Source: a virus (Duplodnaviria > Caudoviricetes). From it: a DNA stretch of 55,598 bases. Position numbers and translations under genes: made by a program. This document shows, piece after piece, positions 8,619-16,560 of the stretch. The notes below the pieces were generated by a model. The model was not told the origin of the DNA. It searched no databases and saw only the letters and a program-made list of their open reading frames with translations. Position 1 is the first letter of the stretch. Each line of letters starts with the position of its first letter. Location of the stretch: positions 1-55,598 of IMG/VR virus record IMGVR_UViG_3300037424_000222. One strand, 5' to 3'.

Positions 8619-8903
8619 ATGAAACGTGAGATAATTATGGTGTGTGAGTATGGAGAGATTGAGGACATTATCAAGGATACTTATGGGAAGTACTACGGGA
8701 TTCCCTCTGGTGAGGAGTTGAATAATGATTCCTCTCTTACTTTTAACTGCGCTAAGGGAGCACTTGATCAGTATGATCATGAGACACTAGATAGGTTCAT
8801 AGCTACAGGTAGTGGAGACTGGTTACTGAATATATTAGTAGCAGATTTATGCAATAAAGGTAAGTTGGCCGAAGGTAAATATGTAATGTATGTTTCTTGG
8901 TGA
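8619..8903 (+). CDS. Hypothetical protein
   Basis: Compact ORF in the operon. Confidence 0.6.
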   Translation: MKREIIMVCEYGEIEDIIKDTYGKYYGIPSGEELNNDSSLTFNCAKGALDQYDHETLDRFIATGSGDWLLNILVADLCNKGKLAEGKYVMYVSW

Positions 8904-8911
8904 GGTGTATA

Positions 8912-9184
8912 ATGGGATTAAAAAGAGCACCATCAAATGTTAAGGGGTTTAAGGGGGATGCACCTTACTTATGTAGGGTATCTAAGAAGTACCCCGATTT
9001 CAGTGGGGTAATCTTACTCCTAACTAGGGATACAACCAAAATCCTGGTAGGCAGCTATACAGGGACAAGGGAGGACTTGAGAGAGACATATAGGAATGGT
9101 GCCTCTTTTCCGCTTGGTTATGGAATTGCACTATGCCATATTATCCCGCTAAATAAAGAGAGAAAGGAGAGGGGGGAAGAATGA
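8912..9184 (+). CDS. Hypothetical protein (paralog of 9181-9441)
   Basis: GAGG RBS; shared D.PYL.R, ILL.T, G.YTG and PLN motifs. Confidence 0.6.
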   Translation: MGLKRAPSNVKGFKGDAPYLCRVSKKYPDFSGVILLLTRDTTKILVGSYTGTREDLRETYRNGASFPLGYGIALCHIIPLNKERKERGEE

Positions 9185-9441
9185 GAAAAGTACTATTGCC
9201 AAGCGGTGTCTCTGGGTCAAGTAAGGACTACCCATACCTAGCTAGGTTTGACTCCCGGTTTAAACACTACTCTACAATTATTCTATTAGTTACAAAGAAA
9301 AAACAGACAGTATTACTTGGTAGATATACTGGTCAAAGGTACAATGTAACCCCTGCATACTACACCCCCGGATATACCATAACAGATGATGATATGGTTC
9401 CAGAGACATACCTACTCCCACTTAATAGGGGAAGGCTATGA
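9181..9441 (+). CDS. Hypothetical protein (paralog of 8912-9184)
   Basis: ATGA overlaps at both ends; shared motifs. Confidence 0.6.
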   Translation: MRKVLLPSGVSGSSKDYPYLARFDSRFKHYSTIILLVTKKKQTVLLGRYTGQRYNVTPAYYTPGYTITDDDMVPETYLLPLNRGRL

Positions 9442-10223
9442 AACTTATCTCCGATACTGAGAGTGATGGTTTTAAGTATGAGGCAACAAGGCTCTGGTGT
9501 ATAGTCTCCTTTGATCCAGATGCCAAGTGGTGGTATATAAGTTCCCCAGAGGATATGCGTAACCTAATTAAAATTAATTACCCCCACTTACACCACGATT
9601 ATATCTCCTTCACGGATCATATAGCTTTACTGGGGGATGCTGAGAAGTTGGTTATGCACAATGGTATCATGCATGATGCCCCACTAATTAAGAAGCTGTA
9701 TGGTAAGAATCTAAGTAATATTGAGGACACCTTCATCATGTCCTCCCTATTTAACCCAGATAGGATGAGTCCTAAGGGGTGGGTGGGTCAACCAAAACCT
9801 CACAGCATAGCTGCATATGCACACAGATTTGGGATGGTAAAGGTGGGACATGAGGACTGGTCTTGCTTCTCCTGGAATATGCTGGATAGGTGTATCAATG
9901 ATGTGATGGTTGGGTATAAGACGCATGAGTATTTGCTAAAGGAGGCTGCTCAATGGGATTGGAAATTGTCCCTGAAACTAGAGCATGCTGTTGCTCATCT
10001 CCAAGCTGAACAAGAGATGCATGGTGTGCTCTTTGATAAGGAGCGTGCAATCATCCTACGGGATCAGATTGATAAGGAACTTGAGATGATAGAGGCCAAT
10101 GTGCTAGATAACATACCTAAGAGAGTCAAACAAGTAGGGGTGACAATCACTAAGCCATTCCTAAAGGATGGTTCATATAGTAAGAGTGTGCTTGAATGGA
10201 TAGGGGGGGATAGGCATGAATAA
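9438..10223 (+). CDS. polA: Family A DNA polymerase part 1 (3'-5' exonuclease and start of thumb)
   Basis: ExoI SDTESD, ExoII HNGIMHD, ExoIII RCINDV, QEMHGVLFD, KPFLKDG. Confidence 0.9.
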   Translation: MKLISDTESDGFKYEATRLWCIVSFDPDAKWWYISSPEDMRNLIKINYPHLHHDYISFTDHIALLGDAEKLVMHNGIMHDAPLIKKLYGKNLSNIEDTFIMSSLFNPDRMSPKGWVGQPKPHSIAAYAHRFGMVKVGHEDWSCFSWNMLDRCINDVMVGYKTHEYLLKEAAQWDWKLSLKLEHAVAHLQAEQEMHGVLFDKERAIILRDQIDKELEMIEANVLDNIPKRVKQVGVTITKPFLKDGSYSKSVLEWIGGDRHE

Positions 10224-10434
10224 GGATGATTGCTATGTAGGTATGCTGGTCAGGGTTGCCCGATCTGTTGAGGAAAGATCATTTGGATATAGGAACTGTA
10301 TAGTCCCTGAGATGCATGGTGAGGTTGGTAGTGGTAGGCTCCTAACGATTAAGGGGGTTCGTGACCAAGGTGTCTACTTTAAGGAGGTAAGCCTGGGGTG
10401 GGACTGGTCCTGGTTAGAGCCAGCAGATGTGTAA
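10216..10434 (+). CDS. Small hypothetical protein inserted in the split polymerase
   Basis: VGMLVRV...WDWSWLEP, a small SH3-like pattern. Confidence 0.65.
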   Translation: MNKDDCYVGMLVRVARSVEERSFGYRNCIVPEMHGEVGSGRLLTIKGVRDQGVYFKEVSLGWDWSWLEPADV

Positions 10435-10559
10435 ACAGCAACGGTATTTACTTTGATGATTCTCGGCTGGGTTGGGATTGGTCGTGGTTGGAACCAGTGA
10501 GTAACCTGGATAGTTTCCATAATAAGGTGAAGTGTAAGTATAAGAGGATAGGAGGGTAA
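10431..10559 (+). pseudogene. Start-less remnant of a diverged homolog of the 10216-10434 C-terminus
   Basis: Shifted frame reads NGIYFDDSRLGWDWSWLEPVSNLD..., versus QGVYFKEVSLGWDWSWLEP upstream. Confidence 0.65.
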
Positions 10560-10562
10560 CAT

Positions 10563-11687
10563 ATGAATATACTTGGCCCATTCTCAAGGATAACCTTTGA
10601 GGATATTAACCTAAACAGCAGTGATCAGGTTAAGGAGTACTTGCTATCTAAGGGTTGGCAACCCACACAGTGGAACTACAAGAAGGATGGAAAGCGGTGT
10701 GTGTATGATGAGAGGGGGGATAAGATACCCACCAGCCCTAAGCTGACTGAGGACTCTTACTCCTCTGTTAGGGGGGATATACCCTCCCTAGTAGCTAGAA
10801 GGAATATCCTCAAGCATAGGCGTTCCCTTATTGAGAATAGCAGAGACCCAGAGAACAAGGGTTGGCTATCTTACATCAGGGATGATGGTCGCATCGAGGC
10901 TAGGGGGGTTCCTATGGCTTGTAACACTGGTCGGTGGAGACACTCTGTTGTAACCTGCGTGCCCTCTGGTGATAGCGTGTATGGCCATGAGTTACGGAGT
11001 CTATTCAAGGTAGGTGAGGGTAGGGTTCAGGTAGGTGTGGATGCTAAGGCGATTGAGGCACGCTGTCAGGCACACAATGTTATGCCCTATACTGGTGGTG
11101 AGGAGTATGCAAAGATATTGCTAGAGGGGGATATACACACCCTTAACGCAGAGTCCTTTGGGTGTACTAGGAATGAGGCGAAGCCAATTTATTACGGGAC
11201 GTTGTATGGTGCCTCTGCTGGTAAGATAGCAGAGACATTGGGGTGTGATAAGAAGCGTGGTGAGGAACTCTTTGCCCTCTTTTGGGAAAAGAATACTGCC
11301 CTCAAGGAATTGAAGGAAGTCCTTATAGCTGAGTTCAAGAGTAATGGTGGTAAGAAGGGTGGGTATATCCGTGGGTTGGATGGTAGGAAGCTGTTTGCCA
11401 GGAGTGAGCATAGCTTAATCAACCTTAAGTTTCAGAGTGATGGGGCTATACTCTTTAAAACAGCTATGGTGTTCCTGTTCTCTAATTGGATTCCCAAGAA
11501 GAAGCTTGATGCACACTTAATGATCAGCCAACATGATGAGTTCCAGGCTGATGTAGCTGAGAAAGATGTGGAGGAGTACAGCGCACTAGCCCTGCGTTCC
11601 TTCGAGGTTGCTGGTCAGTATTATAACTATAGGGTGCCTATCGTTGGCGATATTAAGGTTGGTAAGAGTTGGAACGACTGCCATTAA
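10563..11687 (+). CDS. polA: Family A DNA polymerase part 2 (polymerase domain)
   Basis: GPFSRI..NLNS, NTGR, motif A DAKAIEAR, motif B R..AK...YG.LYG (Tyr at the 762-equivalent position), motif C QHDE; own GGAGG RBS. Confidence 0.95.
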   Translation: MNILGPFSRITFEDINLNSSDQVKEYLLSKGWQPTQWNYKKDGKRCVYDERGDKIPTSPKLTEDSYSSVRGDIPSLVARRNILKHRRSLIENSRDPENKGWLSYIRDDGRIEARGVPMACNTGRWRHSVVTCVPSGDSVYGHELRSLFKVGEGRVQVGVDAKAIEARCQAHNVMPYTGGEEYAKILLEGDIHTLNAESFGCTRNEAKPIYYGTLYGASAGKIAETLGCDKKRGEELFALFWEKNTALKELKEVLIAEFKSNGGKKGGYIRGLDGRKLFARSEHSLINLKFQSDGAILFKTAMVFLFSNWIPKKKLDAHLMISQHDEFQADVAEKDVEEYSALALRSFEVAGQYYNYRVPIVGDIKVGKSWNDCH

Positions 11688-11701
11688 AAGGAGCCAGAAC
11701 C

Positions 11702-11920
11702 ATGAGTATAACTATGAAACCATGCCCATTCTGTGGTGAAAGTAACAGCATTATCTGTTCGACAGAGTTTATCCCTGAAAATAGACTGGCACATGCTGTG
11801 AGTTGCAGAACAAGGGGCTGCAATGGAGCGGTTTATTCTTTAGCACTTGGCTTATTTGAAACAGAGGAGGAGGCAGTATCAGCGTGGAATACCCGTTATA
11901 AGGAGAAACAAAACCCTTGA
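11702..11920 (+). CDS. Lar-family restriction alleviation-like zinc protein
   Basis: KPCPFCG ... C..C ... EEEAVSAWNTR. Confidence 0.75.
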   Translation: MSITMKPCPFCGESNSIICSTEFIPENRLAHAVSCRTRGCNGAVYSLALGLFETEEEAVSAWNTRYKEKQNP

Positions 11921-11961
11921 CAACCACAGGGTTCACATGGTATAATACAATTAGTAGGTTT
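11917..11961 (+). promoter_or_regulatory. Sigma70-type promoter with conserved downstream element
   Basis: TTGACA-N18-TATAAT, then ACAATTAGTAGGTTT. Confidence 0.8.
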
Positions 11962-12009
11962 ACTCGGTACAACAAACAGTAAATAACTAGAGAAACTAAA
12001 GGAGCCTTA

Positions 12010-12216
12010 ATGGAGGTTTGGTATGTAGAGGTTGAGTCTATAATCAAGGAGCTAATTGGTGAACCAAGTTTCCAGTTAAAGAGTATGAGTGAGGATGTCG
12101 GTAAGGTACTGACAGAATTAAAAGGAAAGGATGTGACACCAAGCATAGCAGTCGCTCACTTAGTAGCACTCTTTGTCTCGGTGAATCAGAGTAAAGATAA
12201 ACAAACAATTAACTAG
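12010..12216 (+). CDS. Hypothetical protein
   Basis: AGGAG RBS downstream of the promoter. Confidence 0.6.
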   Translation: MEVWYVEVESIIKELIGEPSFQLKSMSEDVGKVLTELKGKDVTPSIAVAHLVALFVSVNQSKDKQTIN

Positions 12217-12228
12217 AGGTACTATTGT

Positions 12229-12675
12229 ATGGCATTAGTAAAAGGCGTAGCATATTGGGCTAAGGTATTCAGTCTTGATACAACCTATGAACCTAAGTGG
12301 ACTATTGATGTAGAGGTAAGTCCAGAGGATGCGGAGGTACTAAAGGGGCATGGTATGGAACCACGTACTGGTAAGGGTTGTGAGAGTGGGTTGCGTTTCC
12401 AGTTCAAGAGAAAGCTGGAGAAACGGGATGGTACTGAGCAAGACCCGCCTATTGTAGTAGATAAGAATAATCGTAAGACTAAGGATATAATTGGTAATGG
12501 TAGTGAGGTTATCATCCAGTTCCGTCCCTACGATTGGGAGTACAAGAAAAAGACTGGTAAGGGTTGTGATTTGCAGGGTGTAAAGGTCACTAGTCTAGTT
12601 ACCTATGGTGCTAAGGATGGTGCTGAGTTTGGTGAGATTGAAGAGGACTTGCCTGAGAATGACCCATTTGTATAA
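12229..12675 (+). CDS. Single-stranded DNA-binding protein (T7 gp2.5-like)
   Basis: G.AYWAKV, P.VVD, IGNGS.V, LQGVKV..LV.Y and an acidic tail ending DPFV. Confidence 0.8.
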   Translation: MALVKGVAYWAKVFSLDTTYEPKWTIDVEVSPEDAEVLKGHGMEPRTGKGCESGLRFQFKRKLEKRDGTEQDPPIVVDKNNRKTKDIIGNGSEVIIQFRPYDWEYKKKTGKGCDLQGVKVTSLVTYGAKDGAEFGEIEEDLPENDPFV

Positions 12676-12686
12676 GGAGAAAAACT

Positions 12687-12890
12687 ATAAATAACTTTAT
12701 CTTTGCCTACAACTTATTGAAAGGCCAAGGCTGGTTACGTATAGGAAGCTTCTGGGAAGACCCCGAGAATACTGGTCTTTACCTTAATACAAAAACAGCC
12801 TACTCTACCTTATGCGAGAGGATGGGGTATGAGAATAAGTGGGATGATAGCCTCTCCTTTAAAGAGGAGTTTACGGGGTATGATGGGTAA
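12687..12890 (+). CDS. Hypothetical 67-aa protein, apparent ATA start
   Basis: AGGAG RBS 7 nt before ATA; open frame fills the gap after SSB. Confidence 0.4.
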   Translation: MNNFIFAYNLLKGQGWLRIGSFWEDPENTGLYLNTKTAYSTLCERMGYENKWDDSLSFKEEFTGYDG

Positions 12891-13082
12891 ACTACGTTGG
12901 TTATAAAAAAAAATTACAAAGAGGATAAACACTGTGGGAAATAAGTTAGAGAAGCTTTTCTTTTTTGCCTTTGTTAGTTGTGCTGTGTTGTCAGTATACC
13001 GGAAAGAGTGGGGAGCAGCTAGTGGTTGGGCTTGTGCATCCATCTGTCAGTTTCACCCTGATTATGATAAGGGGGTGGCTAA

Positions 13083-13373
13083 ATGAAGGTACAGGACCAT
13101 TTGATGCTGCTTGGAATGCCCTGCAAAGACAGGGTAACTGGTATGCTGGGAACTATCACAAGCATTTCATTTGATTTATATGGTTGTGTTCAGGCTATTG
13201 TTCATCCTGGGTTAGATGAAAAGGGGGAGTTGAAGGATACCCTCTGGTTTGATGTTGCCCGGCTTGAGATTACTGGGGGAAAACCCGTTATGGATCGTCC
13301 CAACTTTGAGTATGGTTACATTGCTGAGGGTAAGAAGGGACCGGCTGAAAAGCCAAGCTATGGAAAATCATAG
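13083..13373 (+). CDS. Conserved phage hypothetical protein
   Basis: LG...KDRVTG..G......LYGC.Q...WFD..RL pattern. Confidence 0.7.
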   Translation: MKVQDHLMLLGMPCKDRVTGMLGTITSISFDLYGCVQAIVHPGLDEKGELKDTLWFDVARLEITGGKPVMDRPNFEYGYIAEGKKGPAEKPSYGKS

Positions 13374-13393
13374 TATCCACTAACCACAAGAGT

Positions 13394-13533
13394 TTGGGGT
13401 ATCCTCGAGGGCAAGGAGGCTTATCACTCATCAACATACAGTACGGTGTGGTTGGTAAGTACCAAATGAGTAAAGGCATAAGGGGGAGACTAAGACGGAC
13501 TCCCGATAACTTGAGCGACCTGGAGTACCCCAA
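13394..13533 (+). ncRNA. Candidate structured non-coding RNA, family unassigned
   Basis: Nested pairings TTGGGGTA/TACCCCAA, CAAG/CTTG, TTATC/GATAA, ACTCAT/ATGAGT, TTGGT/ACCAA and GGGAG/CTCCC. Confidence 0.5.
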
Positions 13534-13637
13534 TTTATTCACACAAGAGGAACCTATGAAGATTATTTACTTCTGTGGAGTACTAATCATACTCCTCATA
13601 GCCTCATCACACTTCAACCAGTGGAGGGAGTAATCAC

Positions 13638-14447
13638 TTGAGAGCAAATATAGATGGGGATATCTTGGTATACTCCATTGGCTTTGCTGGTGATCTTAGG
13701 TACTACGAGATAGACAATAAGATTTTCCAGTATAAGAAGGATGCAACTAAGTACTGCTTGTTTCATGAGATAGATCAAGGTGAGGTACAGTTAAAGCTAT
13801 TTCCCGGTTCCCTCCACAATACACTACGTACTCTCAACACAGTAATCGAAAAAATTAAATTTCATTCTCGGTGTGATCAGTACAAGGTATACCTTACAGG
13901 GAAGGGCAACTATCGGGAGAAGCTAGCAGTAACAAATAAGTATAAGGGTAACAGGGATGGTACGTTGAAACCCTTTTACTATGATGAGATTAGAGCATAC
14001 CTAGTAAATATGCACAACGCTATTGTAGTGGATGGTATGGAGGCTGATGATGCTCTTGGTCTTGCTCAGAGTGAGAAGACTGTTCTGTGTTCCAAGGATA
14101 AGGACTTAGATACTATACCCGGACTGCACCTGAACTGGGACAAGCTGGATCGGGGAATCTACACAGTAACGGAGGATGAGGCTAATGCATTCTTCTATAA
14201 GCAAGTTCTTATGGGGGATAGCACCGATAACATTAAATCAATCCATGGACTAGGGCCGAAGACAGCTGAAGCTATGCTGTGTGAATGCGTGGATGAGGAG
14301 GAACGGTTCTCTGTGTGTATGTGTGCATACCTTGAGAAGGCTTCTTATGAGAGGTTTATTGAGAATATGTATCTCTTATTCATACAAGGAGCAAACCACC
14401 TAGCAATCCTAGGGGAGGGATATGAGAAAGCCTGGACTGATAGTTAG
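13638..14447 (+). CDS. 5'-3' exonuclease (T7 gp6-like)
   Basis: IDGDIL.Y, NYR, YKGNR, EADD, SKDKDL, GDSTDNI..G.GPKTA. Confidence 0.9.
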   Translation: MRANIDGDILVYSIGFAGDLRYYEIDNKIFQYKKDATKYCLFHEIDQGEVQLKLFPGSLHNTLRTLNTVIEKIKFHSRCDQYKVYLTGKGNYREKLAVTNKYKGNRDGTLKPFYYDEIRAYLVNMHNAIVVDGMEADDALGLAQSEKTVLCSKDKDLDTIPGLHLNWDKLDRGIYTVTEDEANAFFYKQVLMGDSTDNIKSIHGLGPKTAEAMLCECVDEEERFSVCMCAYLEKASYERFIENMYLLFIQGANHLAILGEGYEKAWTDS

Positions 14448-14814
14448 TAATGGTATCAAGGTAAAGCCTATGAGTGTTAACCAGTCCTACCTTGGACGTA
14501 AGGTTAAGAGTGCAGCATACCACAAGTATGAGAAGTTGGTCTTAAGTATCTTGGAGTTTGATCCAGTTCCTGAGAAGGGGCTTCTTGAGATTGACTTTGT
14601 ATTTGGGGTATCCTCAAAACTGGCTGATCTTGATAACCCAATCAAGGCTCTCATGGATTTACTCCAGAAGTTACACACCTTCAATGATAACCGTGTGTTT
14701 AAACTAAGTGCTGTAAAGAAGCTGGTGCCTAAGGGAGAGGAGTTCTTTCATTATTCCATCTTCCCCTATGTTGGTAATATCAATTTAAAGCTGGAGGATA
14801 TTCTTAGTGTTTGA
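14422..14814 (+). CDS. RusA-like Holliday junction resolvase
   Basis: PMSVN ... DLDNPIK...DLL ... FNDNRV. Confidence 0.8.
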   Translation: MRKPGLIVSNGIKVKPMSVNQSYLGRKVKSAAYHKYEKLVLSILEFDPVPEKGLLEIDFVFGVSSKLADLDNPIKALMDLLQKLHTFNDNRVFKLSAVKKLVPKGEEFFHYSIFPYVGNINLKLEDILSV

Positions 14815-15000
14815 TATAGATGAGATGGTAGCCGTATGGCCCGATGGGTTTCTGTGTTACCTAGATGATATCGAAGACTACCCTACGAGGGGAGATGATT
14901 ATGAGGTTATTCCTTTCCATGAGTTGGATGAGGATCAGCAGGATGAGTTAATCTAGGTTGTGGGTGATATGAGAGTTGAGTCTGGTGTGGTAAAACTTGT

Positions 15001-15074
15001 AGGGGTATAGTGTAGTGGTAACACACAGGGCTATGATCCTGTATCTCTGGTTCAAATCCAGATACCCCCACCCA
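15001..15074 (+). tRNA. Atypical or degenerate tRNA (Gln-like body, loop CT-ATG-A, anticodon arm one base short)
   Basis: Acceptor GGGGTA/TACCCC; D arm GTGT/ACAC; T arm TCTGG-TTCAAAT-CCAGA. Confidence 0.65.
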
Positions 15075-15075
15075 T

Positions 15076-15120
15076 CAATTAAAATTAATTAGAAGAAGGC
15101 AAAGCCTACTTCATAGTCTT
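15076..15120 (+). repeat. Composite element: TAATTA box plus double-hairpin unit
   Basis: CAATTAAAATTAATTAGAAGAAGGCAAAGCCTACTTCATAGTCTT; 29/30 identical to 54571-54600. Confidence 0.85.
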
Positions 15121-15297
15121 AGGGTATACATATTGATTAAATACTACGTGTTTAAACTAGGCGATACAACTATATACGAGTTTGATAGTTCCTCCTCAGC
15201 TAATGAATTTCTAGAGGAAGCTAAGTGGGAGAAGGAAGAGATTGTGGTAATTGTTGGGTTTAGACAAAATTAAGAAGAAAGACAAAGAGGAAAGCAA

Positions 15298-15483
15298 GTG
15301 TCATTTACAATAGATGAATTGCTAGAACTCCTTAAGGAACGGGAAGATACAGATGATATACTCGAACTACTATCTCCTACACCTGAGGAGTTGGTGGAAG
15401 CACTTTCGTACATGGTGGAAGATAACCCTTCTATTATGTATTCCCTACAACAACGATACGAAGTAGATAGAGAGGATAACTAA
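15298..15483 (+). CDS. Small acidic hypothetical protein
   Basis: ELLELLKE...ILELL..TPEELVE, common in podoviruses. Confidence 0.65.
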   Translation: MSFTIDELLELLKEREDTDDILELLSPTPEELVEALSYMVEDNPSIMYSLQQRYEVDREDN

Positions 15484-15484
15484 C

Positions 15485-16201
15485 TTGCTTAAAGCATATA
15501 AGAATGATAGGCTTCTATTTATCTCTGATACCCACCTACCCTACATGCATGACGATGCCCTTAGGTTTCTCCATGCAGTAAAACAAGAGGTGAGACCTGA
15601 GAGAGTATTCCATGTTGGAGATTTAACTGACCAGTACTGTTTCAGTAGGTATCCTAAAGACCCTGAGGCAGATGGTGTACCACTAGAGATTAAGCATGTA
15701 TGGAGGGGGGTTGCCCAATTGGGTAGCCTTTTTCCGTCTATGACTATTGTTAGTAGTAACCACGATGATCGTGTGTATTCCCGATCACGGTCTGCTGGGG
15801 TACCTAAGGGATTCCTCAGACCATACCCCGAGTTGATAAAGAGTGGTAAGTATGATTGGAAGTGGGTGCATGATTACACGCTACGGTTACCAAATAAACA
15901 GCATGTGTATATCGTTCATACCAAGGGTGAGAGTAGTGTAGCCCTGGCTAAGAACATTGGTATGAACGTAGTAGTTGGTCACCACCACACTAAGCATGGC
16001 ATTCAGTACTTCGCTAACCCTCATCACAATTTGTTCTGTGTTGATACGGGCTGTCTGATTAGTGATGATAACTATGCCTTTGCGTATAATAAAAGCAGCA
16101 TCATCCGTCCTGTACTTGGGTGTGCTGCAATCATTGACAGCAAGCCTATGCTCTTTACCATGAGAACTGGTAAGAACGGTAGGTGGCTGGGGGGTTTATG
16201 A
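15485..16201 (+). CDS. Calcineurin-like metallophosphoesterase
   Basis: SDTH.P, GDLTD, SNHD and GHHH motifs. Confidence 0.85.
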   Translation: MLKAYKNDRLLFISDTHLPYMHDDALRFLHAVKQEVRPERVFHVGDLTDQYCFSRYPKDPEADGVPLEIKHVWRGVAQLGSLFPSMTIVSSNHDDRVYSRSRSAGVPKGFLRPYPELIKSGKYDWKWVHDYTLRLPNKQHVYIVHTKGESSVALAKNIGMNVVVGHHHTKHGIQYFANPHHNLFCVDTGCLISDDNYAFAYNKSSIIRPVLGCAAIIDSKPMLFTMRTGKNGRWLGGL

Positions 16202-16560
16202 TATGGGGGGCAAGTACGAGGTGGTTTGTTACTGTATGTGTACCCGTGATGGAGGTTATGGAGGTATCTGCGGTAACATCAGCCGAGGCTGAGGAGTTCT
16301 GTATGGATACCCCAGGGGTATTGTTTGTTAAGGAGGTTAAGCACTGGAGTGAGTGTGAGGAGGAGTGATATGAAAAAGATACCCAAGATAATCCAGGTTG
16401 ACAAATACACGGATGATAACAATAAGCCGGTATGTGGGGAGTGTGAGTGGAACCCAAGACACAGCTGTATGTTTGCTTTTATAGACGCAGACGGGCAATG
16501 GTCTCCAGACGCGGATTGCCCAATTTGGAAGTAAGACAACATAGGAGTGGAGATAAAGAG

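Noticed and set aside
10224-10562. Group I intron or split intein joining the polymerase halves
   Set aside because: No P/Q/R/S elements or intein terminal motifs; part 2 has its own RBS and ATG.
15029-15040. Amber suppressor (CTA) tRNA and genome recoding
   Set aside because: CTA is not positioned after U33 in the loop, and conserved genes are intact under the standard code.
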